This document shows positions 1 through 9,173 of a stretch of 64,000 nt of DNA, piece after piece. Each line of letters starts with the position of its first letter. Positions within the stretch are counted from its first letter, which is position 1. The DNA is from Bacillota bacterium. Its GTDB lineage: Bacteria > Bacillota > DTU025. The notes under the pieces were generated by a model, which saw only the letters and a program-made list of their open reading frames with translations, had not been told where the DNA came from and did not search any database. Where the stretch lies: the NCBI GenBank assembly GCA_050951805.1, contig JBMNJT010000002.1:736001-800000 (forward strand), written 5' to 3'. The translations under genes were made by a program, and so were the position numbers.

Positions 1-405
1 TGGGCTCGTGCTCTCGGCAATTCCCAGCTGGAGGTCATTATAGATGAGAGCAATGTCAATGACTACTTAGGTCACAGGGACGATTACCTTCGCGCCTTCG
101 GTGTTCGGTTCCACCCCGGAATCGCAGAATTGGCGGGACGGCTTTTCCTTGGCGGCTTCAGTGTGGGCGTTGAATCGCAGGGACATTTTAGCATAGGAGA
201 CGGAGTCAAACTAGTCTACGTAGTTGACAAGCTCATTGTGGAGAAGAGTGAAGTTCCAGCTTTTATTGTGGACATGTTTGAAGATGGGATAGCTATTGGG
301 ATCGACCTTTCGGATCTCCCCTTTGACATAGAGTTAGAAAGCGTTGAAGTGGGCGAAGGCATGGTCCGTCTGCTGGGTCGCACTTCGGAGGGAGGCAGTC
401 TGTGA
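1..405 (+). CDS. DUF2993/LmeA-like phospholipid-binding family protein, 5'-truncated by the window edge
   Basis: Frame +1 is open from base 1 (WARALGNSQLEVIIDESNVNDYL...). The C-terminal 'IDLSDLPFDIELESVEVGEGMVRLLG' is typical of DUF2993. Stop overlaps the next start (GTGA). Confidence 0.6.
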   Translation, partial: WARALGNSQLEVIIDESNVNDYLGHRDDYLRAFGVRFHPGIAELAGRLFLGGFSVGVESQGHFSIGDGVKLVYVVDKLIVEKSEVPAFIVDMFEDGIAIGIDLSDLPFDIELESVEVGEGMVRLLGRTSEGGSL

Positions 406-2456
406 TGGGCCACAGGAAACCTCGGTCTATTGGGTGGCTGATTGCGCTGATCGTGTTGGCTTCAGTATCATCTGCTTGGATAGCCTGGCAAAGAAATCGT
501 GTTGAGAAGGCTAACAGTGTTGTTGAGCTTTGCATGGATTACAGCGAAATCGCTCTTTACAGTCGCCGCGTTGGCATCAATATCGAGGACTGCCTGCGAG
601 GCCTCGCTGAGGAGGGTATTGTCTCGGTCGCCTTGGAGGAGGATACCCTAGGCTCGATGGAGACGGCTGGGGAGATCGTGATCATCAGGGGCTCCGAGGC
701 GCTTGCACTGGGATCGAACGGAAGCCCGTACAGGGATATCCTGTTGGCGGTTGCAGAGATGGAGGTCTTTTCACCTTCGGATACTATTGTCATCCCGTGC
801 AATGTGGACGCCGCAACTTTTCTTGCGAACCGCTTGACTTTGCGTACGTGCGATGGGCCTTCCATCTCCGTGATCAGGGCGGGAGATGCAACGGGATACG
901 CAGTCTCTCTTCCTGTCGATGAGGCACGCAAGCTCAATCTGGGAATCCGCCCGTCGAAGACGGCGCAAGTGCAGGCTGCCGGGCTCCGTGTGGTCGTTAG
1001 ATTTTCCAACTTCCCCAATGTGTCGGAAAAGTGGATAGACTCTGTGATGACATTGTCAGCTGTCGGTGCTATTCCGGATTGCGTCATATTCGCTGGAACT
1101 GAAGTCCTGGGTTATCCGCGATTTGTATCCGCTACAGTGTGCGGACTGGATCGCTTGGGAACAGTTTATGGCGACATAGAATTCCAGAATCAAGCAGGCG
1201 GACGCCAGCTGGCCCGGGCTCTCGATTACAAGACAGTGCGAGTCCACAGCATTAGCAGGGCGGAAGTCGATCGCGATCTTTCTGTAGCTGCGATGAGAGA
1301 CAGGTATGCCAGGGCTGTCCGGGAGCGCAACATACGAGTGCTCTACATGCGTCCTATGATGAAGCCCATTGACGAACGCAGTCTCCCCGAGGTTAACCAG
1401 TCTTTGGTGGCAGAAGTGGTTAGCGCAATCACGGACCAAGGCTTTTCGCTTGGCCCGGCTGCACCATTCGATCAACTTGATCCTGGGCTTCTTCTGACGC
1501 TTTTGGTAGTCTTGGGTGTTGCGGCTGGATGTGTAGTGTTGCTTGATGCCATTTGGGATCTGCCGTTTGCCATATGCATAGGGCTTGTTGCGGTGTTTGC
1601 CGCTGGATTTGCTGCTCTTTGGGGATTGGGATATCCGCTCTTGGCGAGGCAATCTGTTGCGCTCGCTGCAGCCATTGCGTTTCCCTCGCTCGGTGCTTTT
1701 GTTCTGTTCTGCCCCGATATTCCCGGGAAAACCAGGGATTGCGATACTTGCGACGATGGGGCGCTCTTGGCAAGCAAAGACTGGCTGGGATCTTCAGGAA
1801 CCAAATTCCTTACCGCATCGATGCTATGCCTTGCCGGTGGGCTCATGCTTGCCGCATGCCTTACGAGCCGCGCGTTCATGGTCAAAGGCGAACAGTTTTT
1901 GGGGGTCAAGGCAATGCACATCTTCCCAATGTTGTTCGTGTTAGTGGCTTATTGGAAGCGGTATGCGAGACGGGGCAATGAATCGCTCATAGCCTCATTG
2001 GCTAGGCTCAACAGATCCAATATCCTCGTGTGGCACGTGATTGTCATTGCGATTCTGGGTGTTGCAGGGCTGATATACATTGCGAGAACTGGCAATACAT
2101 CGTCTGTTCCGGTAGCGGTTCCCCAATGGGAGCAGAAAATGAGGGCTGCTTTGGAGAACATCTTCCCCGCAAGGCCCCGAACTAAGGAATTCCTCATCGG
2201 GCACCCGGCTTTTGTTCTTGCTGGCGCTCTTGTTGCTTTGGGGGAGACTGGTCTACTGTTGCCCATCTCCATTTTGGGCCTCATAGGCCAGATTTCGCTG
2301 ACGAACACGTTCGCTCATATCCATACTCCCATAAGCCTCACATTGGCCAGGGTCATTATCGGACTGGGGCTCGGGTTTGCGATCGGTCTTGTTGCAACCG
2401 TGGTCTATAGGGCCGTAGTTGCCCAGATACGTCGGGCTGCGGGCCGGGAAGGATGA
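402..2456 (+). CDS. DUF5693 family membrane protein (large extracytoplasmic domain plus multi-TM C-terminus)
   Basis: 684 aa; N-terminal TM; motifs 'RVHSI', 'RAVRERNIRVLY', 'FLGVK', 'RPRTKEFLIGHP', 'NTFAHIHTP'; adjacent to csaB as is usual for this family. Confidence 0.8.
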   Translation: MMGHRKPRSIGWLIALIVLASVSSAWIAWQRNRVEKANSVVELCMDYSEIALYSRRVGINIEDCLRGLAEEGIVSVALEEDTLGSMETAGEIVIIRGSEALALGSNGSPYRDILLAVAEMEVFSPSDTIVIPCNVDAATFLANRLTLRTCDGPSISVIRAGDATGYAVSLPVDEARKLNLGIRPSKTAQVQAAGLRVVVRFSNFPNVSEKWIDSVMTLSAVGAIPDCVIFAGTEVLGYPRFVSATVCGLDRLGTVYGDIEFQNQAGGRQLARALDYKTVRVHSISRAEVDRDLSVAAMRDRYARAVRERNIRVLYMRPMMKPIDERSLPEVNQSLVAEVVSAITDQGFSLGPAAPFDQLDPGLLLTLLVVLGVAAGCVVLLDAIWDLPFAICIGLVAVFAAGFAALWGLGYPLLARQSVALAAAIAFPSLGAFVLFCPDIPGKTRDCDTCDDGALLASKDWLGSSGTKFLTASMLCLAGGLMLAACLTSRAFMVKGEQFLGVKAMHIFPMLFVLVAYWKRYARRGNESLIASLARLNRSNILVWHVIVIAILGVAGLIYIARTGNTSSVPVAVPQWEQKMRAALENIFPARPRTKEFLIGHPAFVLAGALVALGETGLLLPISILGLIGQISLTNTFAHIHTPISLTLARVIIGLGLGFAIGLVATVVYRAVVAQIRRAAGREG

Positions 2457-2498
2457 TCTTGAGTAAGTGTCGTGCGTGGGAAAGCAGGTGAGTGCAGT

Positions 2499-4358
2499 AT
2501 GCGGGTCTTGGTCTCCGGCTACCATGGAATGGGGAATCTCGGAGACGAGGCGGTGCTTGCCGCATTTGTCCAACACCTCAAGGAAATAGATCCGAAGGCA
2601 GAGTGTGTGGCGCTCTCTGGCGACCCATCAGAGACTAGCGCGGCACACGGCATAGAGGCGGTGCCTAGGGCGTCGCTTGGAGCTATCATTCGCGAGATTC
2701 GCCGGTCTGACATCGTCATAAGCGGCGGGGGCAGCCTCTTGCAGGACGCAACAGGCAAGAAATCGGTCCCATACTATCTTGGCATAATTGCCCTTGCGCG
2801 GATGATGGGTCGGCCGGTTTCAGTGTACGCACAGGGAGTTGGCCCTTTGAATCATGCTTTTTCGAGATGGCTGGTGAAGCGCACGCTCCCTCGGGCCTCC
2901 GTCATAACTGTGCGGGATGAGGCCTCTGCCCGTCTGCTGCAGGAGGTCGGCGTTGTGAAGCCTGAGGTCATGCTAGTTGCCGATCCCGCTTTTGGGCTTG
3001 TTCCCTGCGACCCGCCGGATGCCATGGCTGTTCAAGCACCGAATACGGTGATGTTCTGTTTGAGGCCATGGCCGGGGCTTGATGGTCGCGAGGCTGAATA
3101 TGCGTTAGCCATCGACCGTGCAGTATCGGAACTGGGCATATGCCCTGTTTTCCTGGCGTTCCAGCCTGACCGCGATCTTGAGGTGGCTCACCGAATTGCA
3201 GATCAATGTAGGGTCGGCGAAAAAAGTCCTGCTGTTATCTCGTGTGACATGGTGCCGGAGGAAGTGCTTGGGTTGATATCCCGAGCTGAGATGGTGGTGG
3301 GAATGAGGCTGCACTCTCTGATATTTGCCGCAAATGCAGGGGTGCCCGCTGTCGCAATAGACTACGATCCTAAGATTCGGGCGCACTGCCAACGCGTGTC
3401 GGAACCGTACATAGTGGAAGTGGGGGCGTCAGCTGATCAACTCTACGCGGCGATTGCCGGCGCGTGGGCATCTAGGGATGAAACGAGGGCGAGGTTGAGG
3501 GAGATTATGCCGACCATAAGAGAGCAGGCGAAGGCGGCTGCGAGCATCTCGCTTTCCCCTATATTGGACAAGCCCGTGACAGAAAGAATGAAAGCCCAAG
3601 CGGAGGAAGGCAAAGACTATATGAGGGCGTCAGTTCTTGGATCGCCGGTGGACTGTATTGGCATGGATGATGCAGTATACATATTGATGGAGCGTGCTGC
3701 TTTAGGCTTGGGAGCCCATGTGGTGACGATAAACCCCGAGATGGCGCTTGCAGCCAAGCGCGATGCTGAACTCGCTGATGTTATCCGCGGGGCTGACTTG
3801 GTTGTTCCAGATGGCGTGGGTGTGGTGCGCGGGCTGAGAATCCTCGGATACAAGCCCCCGGGGAGGGTGCCTGGGATAGAGTTGGCGACGAATTTGATGC
3901 GCTCGGCGGCTGGAGGCGAAATGTCATTCTTCCTTGTAGGCGCGGCACCTGGCATCGCCGAGGCAGCTGCAGAGAACATGAGCAAGGAATTCCCTGGCCT
4001 CAAGATTGCAGGAACTTGGCACGGTTATTTCTCAGATGCCGAGGAGGAGGAAGTTCTCCGCTGTATTCGCGATGCCGCCCCTAACTTCGTCTTTGTGGGA
4101 ATGGGAGCGGGAAAGCAGGAAAAATGGATAACGAAGGCGCGCCAGATGGCGCCATGCGCGGTATGGATAGGAGTCGGAGGCTCCTTCGATGTGATGTCCG
4201 GAAGTGTGAAGCGGGCGCCCGCCGCCTTTCAGAAGTTGGGCTTGGAGTGGTTATATAGGCTAGTATCAGAACCTCGCAGAGCAAAGAGGATGACGGCTTT
4301 ACCCGCATTCGTCTTTGCAGTCATGGGTGAGGCTTTTCGCAAGAGCAGAAGGAGTTGA
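2499..4358 (+). CDS. csaB: Fused polysaccharide pyruvyltransferase CsaB (N-term) and WecB/TagA/CpsF N-acetylmannosaminyltransferase (C-term)
   Basis: N-term 'SGYHGMGNLGDEA', 'SGGGSLLQDAT', 'GMRLHSLIFA'; C-term 'VVTINPE', 'PDGVGVV', 'RVPGIEL', 'GVGGSFDV', 'KRAP', 'LEWLYRL'. One uninterrupted ORF. ATG 2499 follows AGGTG (ORF track starts at 2472). Confidence 0.9.
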   Translation: MRVLVSGYHGMGNLGDEAVLAAFVQHLKEIDPKAECVALSGDPSETSAAHGIEAVPRASLGAIIREIRRSDIVISGGGSLLQDATGKKSVPYYLGIIALARMMGRPVSVYAQGVGPLNHAFSRWLVKRTLPRASVITVRDEASARLLQEVGVVKPEVMLVADPAFGLVPCDPPDAMAVQAPNTVMFCLRPWPGLDGREAEYALAIDRAVSELGICPVFLAFQPDRDLEVAHRIADQCRVGEKSPAVISCDMVPEEVLGLISRAEMVVGMRLHSLIFAANAGVPAVAIDYDPKIRAHCQRVSEPYIVEVGASADQLYAAIAGAWASRDETRARLREIMPTIREQAKAAASISLSPILDKPVTERMKAQAEEGKDYMRASVLGSPVDCIGMDDAVYILMERAALGLGAHVVTINPEMALAAKRDAELADVIRGADLVVPDGVGVVRGLRILGYKPPGRVPGIELATNLMRSAAGGEMSFFLVGAAPGIAEAAAENMSKEFPGLKIAGTWHGYFSDAEEEEVLRCIRDAAPNFVFVGMGAGKQEKWITKARQMAPCAVWIGVGGSFDVMSGSVKRAPAAFQKLGLEWLYRLVSEPRRAKRMTALPAFVFAVMGEAFRKSRRS

Positions 4359-5218
4359 TGACGTTGAAAAGAGTCGTGCTCTCAGACCCAGAGGAACTCG
4401 CCGCTAAGGCGTGCGAGATCCGCAAGCATGTAATTCGCATGGTTGGCGCCGCATCATCTGGTCACCCTGGAGGCTCATTGTCGGCTGCTGACATTGTGAC
4501 TGTGCTTTACTTCAACAAGATGAGGATTCGTCCGGATGATCCGACATGGTCTGGCCGCGATAGATTCGTGTTGTCGAAGGGACATGCCGCTCCCGTGCTT
4601 TATGCCGCACTGGCTGAAGCAGGTTACTTTCCGGTGGATGATCTGATTACTTTGAGAAGGATCGACAGTTATCTCCAGGGGCATCCCGACATGAATCAGA
4701 CGCCGGGCGTGGACATGTCCACAGGATCCCTCGGACAGGGGCTCTCTGCAGCGTGCGGCATGGCGATTGCCGCGAAGATGGATGGCGCTGATTGGCGCGT
4801 CTATGCCGTCTTAGGTGATGGCGAAATCGAAGAGGGTCAGGTGTGGGAGGCCGCTATGACCGCTGTCCACAGGAAGCTGGACAACCTGACTATATTCGTG
4901 GACTGGAATGGACTTCAGATTGATGGGCCTATCCGCGAAGTGAAGTCTGTTGACCATATAGGTGAACGGTTTGCCGCGTTTGGATGGCATGTAATAGAGA
5001 TAGACGGCCACGACATACCCGCGATAATGGCGGCTATAGACGAGGCCCAGCGAACCAGCGGGAGGCCTACGGCGATAGTCGCTCGAACCGTTAAGGGCAA
5101 AGGAGTCTCCTTTATGGAGAACGAAGCAGGATGGCACGGTACTGCTCCCAAACCCGAACAGGTAGAGGCGGCATTGGCGGAACTTGAAGCATCACGAAAA
5201 GGCGGTGTGGCGCAATGA
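4358..5218 (+). CDS. Transketolase, N-terminal (TPP-binding) subunit
   Basis: 'SGHPGGSLS', 'LSKGHA', 'STGSLGQG', 'GDGEIEEG'. Start ambiguous among 4355/4358/4364. Confidence 0.93.
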   Translation: MTLKRVVLSDPEELAAKACEIRKHVIRMVGAASSGHPGGSLSAADIVTVLYFNKMRIRPDDPTWSGRDRFVLSKGHAAPVLYAALAEAGYFPVDDLITLRRIDSYLQGHPDMNQTPGVDMSTGSLGQGLSAACGMAIAAKMDGADWRVYAVLGDGEIEEGQVWEAAMTAVHRKLDNLTIFVDWNGLQIDGPIREVKSVDHIGERFAAFGWHVIEIDGHDIPAIMAAIDEAQRTSGRPTAIVARTVKGKGVSFMENEAGWHGTAPKPEQVEAALAELEASRKGGVAQ

Positions 5219-6159
5219 CAAAGATGATAGCTACCAGAGTGGCCTATGGAGAGGCCCTTGCCGAGTTGGGCGGGATCAACTCGGACATCGTAGTGCTCGA
5301 TGCCGACCTTTCTGGATCGACCAAGACTGCCGGGTTTGCCTCAAAGTACCCGGAGCGCTTCATACAGATGGGAATTGCTGAGGCCGACATGATGGGCACT
5401 GCTGCAGGTCTCGCTGCCACGGGCAAGACAGCGTTTGCAAGCACGTTTGCAGTATTTGCCACTGGGCGCGCTTTCGATCAGGTGCGCCAGAGCATCGCCG
5501 CGCCTGGACTGAACGTGAAGATATGCGCGACCCATGCCGGGCTTACAGTGGGAGAGGATGGAGGGTCTCACCAGTCTATCGAGGACATCGCGTTGATGAG
5601 AGTCCTTCCCAACATGACTGTGATAGTGCCTTCTGATGCAGTCCAGACTGGGTGGGCAGTTCGTATTGCCGCGGAACAGAAGGGACCGTTCTACCTCAGA
5701 CTGGGCCGGGCTTCCGTGCCGACGCTTTACGATGAAGACGCCGATTTCGAGCTTGGCAAGGCGAAGACGCTGAGGGAAGGGCAAGATGTAACGATAATTG
5801 CGTGCGGGGTCATGGTATCGCGGGCCCTCGAAGCCGCCGACAGGCTCGAGGAAAGAGGGATTCGGGCGCGCGTGCTTGACATGCATACCATAAAGCCCTT
5901 GGACGAAGAGGCCGTGCGTGCGGCGGCGGTCGAAACCGGCGCAATCGTCACAGTGGAAGAGCACTCAGTCATAGGAGGCCTTGGTGGCGCGGTATGCGAA
6001 ACCGTGTGTTCACGTGCTCCGGCGCCAGTGATACGCGTGGGTGTAGCGGATATGTTCGGAAAGTCCGGCAAGCCCGACGAACTTCTGGAAGCTTATGGGC
6101 TTACTGTTGAGAACATATCATTTGCTGCAAAGCGCGCCATAGAGATGAAAAGGGCGTAG
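5215..6159 (+). CDS. Transketolase, C-terminal subunit
   Basis: 'DADLSGST', 'GIAEADM', 'GEDGGSHQ', 'TIKPLD', 'EEHSVIGGLG'; ATGA overlap with the N-terminal subunit. Confidence 0.93.
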   Translation: MTKMIATRVAYGEALAELGGINSDIVVLDADLSGSTKTAGFASKYPERFIQMGIAEADMMGTAAGLAATGKTAFASTFAVFATGRAFDQVRQSIAAPGLNVKICATHAGLTVGEDGGSHQSIEDIALMRVLPNMTVIVPSDAVQTGWAVRIAAEQKGPFYLRLGRASVPTLYDEDADFELGKAKTLREGQDVTIIACGVMVSRALEAADRLEERGIRARVLDMHTIKPLDEEAVRAAAVETGAIVTVEEHSVIGGLGGAVCETVCSRAPAPVIRVGVADMFGKSGKPDELLEAYGLTVENISFAAKRAIEMKRA

Positions 6160-6216
6160 AAATACATTATAAAAGCAGATGTTGGCCGGAAGCGTCATGT
6201 TTTCCGCTTCGCTTCA

Positions 6217-6244
6217 GCAGGAATTTGCGCCTCTTAAGGAGAAC
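6217..6244 (+). promoter_or_regulatory. Possible sigma-H-type promoter upstream of ftsE
   Basis: GCAGGAATT-N12-GGAGAAC versus B. subtilis SigH consensus RNAGGAWWW-N11/12-RNNGAAT (one mismatch). Confidence 0.4.
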
Positions 6245-6299
6245 CTGTTTTTGATATACGGTATGCTGTTATAGCCAGCTGAAGATGGGGTGGTTGACC

Positions 6300-6986
6300 T
6301 TGGTCAATATGTATGGGGTTACCAAGGTGTATCCGGGCAACGTGGAAGCGCTGCGCGGGGTAAACCTTAATATAGACAAAGGGGATTTCGTGTTCATTGT
6401 GGGCCCTAGTGGCTCGGGAAAGTCCACGCTTCTTTCGTTGATATACCGGGGGACGGTGCCTACGCGCGGGCACGTCCTGGTTGCCGGGCGCAACGTCGCC
6501 CGGCTCAGGTGGCGCGACGTTCCCATGCTCCGGCGTCGGATCGGGGTTATCTTTCAGGACTACAAGTTGCTGCCTGATCGCTCCGTCTATGATAACGTGG
6601 CTTTTGCCCTCGAAGTCATAGAGGCGTCTCCGAAGGAGATAGAGAAGAAGGTGCCGCAGGCCCTTTCCATGGTGGGCCTTGCCCACAAGGCTTCGGCCAT
6701 GCCCGAAGAGCTTGCCGGCGGCGAACAGCAACGTGTGGCCATAGCGAGGGCGATTGTCAACGACCCCCTCATACTCGTAGCCGATGAACCCACGGGGAAC
6801 CTTGACCCGGATACTACATTGGACATAATGGATCTTTTATGTGACATCAATGTGCGAGGCACTACTGTAGTGATGGCCACGCACAACCATGTAGTGGTGG
6901 ACAGGATGAGAAAGCGAGTAGTTCAGTTGGAACGTGGCATGATCGTGCGCGACGAGAGGTGGGGAGCTTACTGCCATGAAGCTTAG
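6300..6986 (+). CDS. ftsE: Cell division ATP-binding protein FtsE
   Basis: Walker A 'GPSGSGKST', 'FQDYKLL', 'GGEQQRVAIARA', 'ADEPTGNLD'; followed by ftsX. TTG 6300 after GGGGTG preferred over ATG 6285. Confidence 0.93.
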   Translation: MVNMYGVTKVYPGNVEALRGVNLNIDKGDFVFIVGPSGSGKSTLLSLIYRGTVPTRGHVLVAGRNVARLRWRDVPMLRRRIGVIFQDYKLLPDRSVYDNVAFALEVIEASPKEIEKKVPQALSMVGLAHKASAMPEELAGGEQQRVAIARAIVNDPLILVADEPTGNLDPDTTLDIMDLLCDINVRGTTVVMATHNHVVVDRMRKRVVQLERGMIVRDERWGAYCHEA

Positions 6987-7854
6987 GACGGTGAAGTCCC
7001 TCAGCGGCCAGGCTTTCCGAAGCCTGAAGAAGACACCATCTGTGACATCGATTATCGTGGTAATGGCATGCATGCTGGTCCTCAGCTCTTTCATGCTGGT
7101 TGCGGTCAATCTGACGCGCATAGGAAACGAGTTTCAGGCTGGCGTACAGATAAGGGCTTTTTTGTCGCCGGATATGCCGCCCGATGCTGTTGACCGGACG
7201 CACGCCGCCATACAGGCTATTCCGGGAGTAGCGTCGGTGAAATACGTGGGAAAGGACGAGGCTCTGCAGAGGCTGGGGAAACAGCTAGGCGAGAACAACT
7301 TCTTTCTTGGCGATCTTCCCCGCAACCCGCTGCCCGAATCCTTTGACATATCTCTGTTGCGCGCTGCGGACGCGGATAGGATTGCCGCTGCCGTGCTCGA
7401 ACTGGATGAAGTTTCCGATGTGAGGTATGCCCCAAAACTCGTAGATCGACTTGTGGGCGTTCTTCGAATATTCTGGGTTGTGACAGGGATAATAGCTGTC
7501 TTCGTTTTGGTCGGGGCCAGTCTGATTGTCTCCAACACGATAAAGCTGACGGTATTTGCGCGGCGCAAGGAGATAGAGATCATGAAGTTGGTTGGAGCAA
7601 CTGACGCGTTTATACTTTTCCCCTTCGTGCTTGAGGGGATAATCATAGGCCTTTTGGGCGCCGGCGCCGCTGCGGTGATTGTGGGCGCTGGGTACCAGGG
7701 TTTGGCCAAGTGGATCTCTTCTGTGGCGCCGTTCATGCCGATCGTTACTGATAGCGGCCATCTCGGTTTAGCCATCGTGATAATGCTTTGCTTTGGGGCT
7801 GCTGTCGGTCTTGTGGGAAGTAATATTTCGACGAAGCGATACCTTAAAGTTTAG
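6976..7854 (+). CDS. ftsX: Cell division permease FtsX
   Basis: 'NPLP', 'SNTIKLTVFARRKEIEIMKLVGAT', 'PFVLEG', 4 TM segments. Confidence 0.93.
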   Translation: MKLRTVKSLSGQAFRSLKKTPSVTSIIVVMACMLVLSSFMLVAVNLTRIGNEFQAGVQIRAFLSPDMPPDAVDRTHAAIQAIPGVASVKYVGKDEALQRLGKQLGENNFFLGDLPRNPLPESFDISLLRAADADRIAAAVLELDEVSDVRYAPKLVDRLVGVLRIFWVVTGIIAVFVLVGASLIVSNTIKLTVFARRKEIEIMKLVGATDAFILFPFVLEGIIIGLLGAGAAAVIVGAGYQGLAKWISSVAPFMPIVTDSGHLGLAIVIMLCFGAAVGLVGSNISTKRYLKV

Positions 7855-7872
7855 GATACGGGGGTTCCTCCT

Positions 7873-9093
7873 ATGACGCCAGAGGCAAGAAAAGTGGGCA
7901 TCATTAAAGCTGCGAGGGCAGTCCTTTCCTTGGTTCTCATTATGACGCTTGCTTTTGGGTTCCTTACAGATGTTGCTGTTGCTAGCTCGCAACAGTCGGA
8001 TATTTCCACCAAGAGAACCGAACTCAACAGCTTGCAATCTAAGATAGAGCAGATAAGACAGACATTGTCGCGCAAGCAGAAGGAAGAGAAGGACGCACTG
8101 CGGGCCCTCCAGAAAACAGAAGAAGAGATCCTTGCGATCGAAACGAGGATTTCTCAGACCGAAAAGAAGCTCAAAGATGCGGAGCAGCAGTTGGTTCAGG
8201 TTCAGACTGAGTTGAAGGAAGCCGAGCGCCAGCTTGAGATCGCAACAGCGCAGTATGAAGCCTCGGTTCAAAGTCTCGAAGATAGGCTCGTATTCATTTA
8301 CAAGCTTGGTCCGGGAACATTGCTGGAGTTGCTTTTTGGCGCATCGAGCTTCTCTGATTTTGTGAGCAGATACGATTATCTCGGGGCAATAGCGAAGCAG
8401 GACGCGGACATATATGGCGAGATCAGGGCCGAAAAGGAATCTCTTGAGGAGCAGAAGGAAGGCATCTGTGCCCGAAAGGCCAAACTCGAGGAGACCAGGA
8501 GAGAGATAGCCCTCCTGTCGTCCGCCTTGGAGGACGAGCGAAGGTCCATCGAGCCCGTATTGGCTCAACGATCGCAATACGCCAGCAGGGTATCGGCAGA
8601 ACGTGAGAGATGGGAACGGGAGCTGGCTGAGGAAGAGCGTGCATCGAGGGAGCTGGAACGGACCATCAGGGAGATGCAGGCTAGGACGGGCGGTACAATC
8701 AGCTGGACGGGCAAGTTCGTATGGCCGGTGACGGCGAGGATTTCGTCACCGTTCGGCTGGAGAATCCATCCGATATTCAAAAACAAACGGTTCCACTCAG
8801 GCATTGACTTGGCTGCTAGCAGCGGCACGCCTGTCAAAGCGGCCGCCGACGGCAAGGTCCTTTTGGCGGGATGGGTAAATGGATACGGCAACACCGTTAT
8901 CCTTGACCACGGAAACGGCCTTTCTACGTTATATGGCCATGCCAGCGTTATCACGACAAAGGCTGGCAATGTGGTGCTGCAGGGTGATATTATATGCAAA
9001 GTGGGATCGACAGGCTATTCAACGGGGCCTCATCTACATTTCGAAGTCAGGCAAGACGGGACCCCTCAAGATCCCATGCGTTGGCTGCCCTGA
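7873..9093 (+). CDS. Coiled-coil M23 peptidase (EnvC/SpoIIQ-like murein hydrolase or activator)
   Basis: Signal peptide, long coiled coil, M23 motifs 'HSGID', 'GYGN', 'YGH', 'STGPHLHFEV' with Zn ligands retained. Confidence 0.88.
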   Translation: MTPEARKVGIIKAARAVLSLVLIMTLAFGFLTDVAVASSQQSDISTKRTELNSLQSKIEQIRQTLSRKQKEEKDALRALQKTEEEILAIETRISQTEKKLKDAEQQLVQVQTELKEAERQLEIATAQYEASVQSLEDRLVFIYKLGPGTLLELLFGASSFSDFVSRYDYLGAIAKQDADIYGEIRAEKESLEEQKEGICARKAKLEETRREIALLSSALEDERRSIEPVLAQRSQYASRVSAERERWERELAEEERASRELERTIREMQARTGGTISWTGKFVWPVTARISSPFGWRIHPIFKNKRFHSGIDLAASSGTPVKAAADGKVLLAGWVNGYGNTVILDHGNGLSTLYGHASVITTKAGNVVLQGDIICKVGSTGYSTGPHLHFEVRQDGTPQDPMRWLP

Positions 9094-9173
9094 AGATCGA
9101 CGCCCTCTTGGCGGTTCGATTCTCAGAGCCTTTAGCATAGGATGTATGGACTTGTGAAAGTGGGTGCCGAATC

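Noticed and set aside
6286-6298. TGGGGTGGTTGAC upstream of ftsE is identical to the 13 terminal bases of the IS/omega-RNA-like end at 56966-56978
   Set aside because: No partner stem or downstream scaffold motif, and it coincides with the ftsE Shine-Dalgarno. Treated as chance.
9113-9122. GGTTCGATTC, a tRNA T-loop-like motif
   Set aside because: No T-stem pairing or cloverleaf, and the 80-nt gap also has to hold the next ribosome-binding site.
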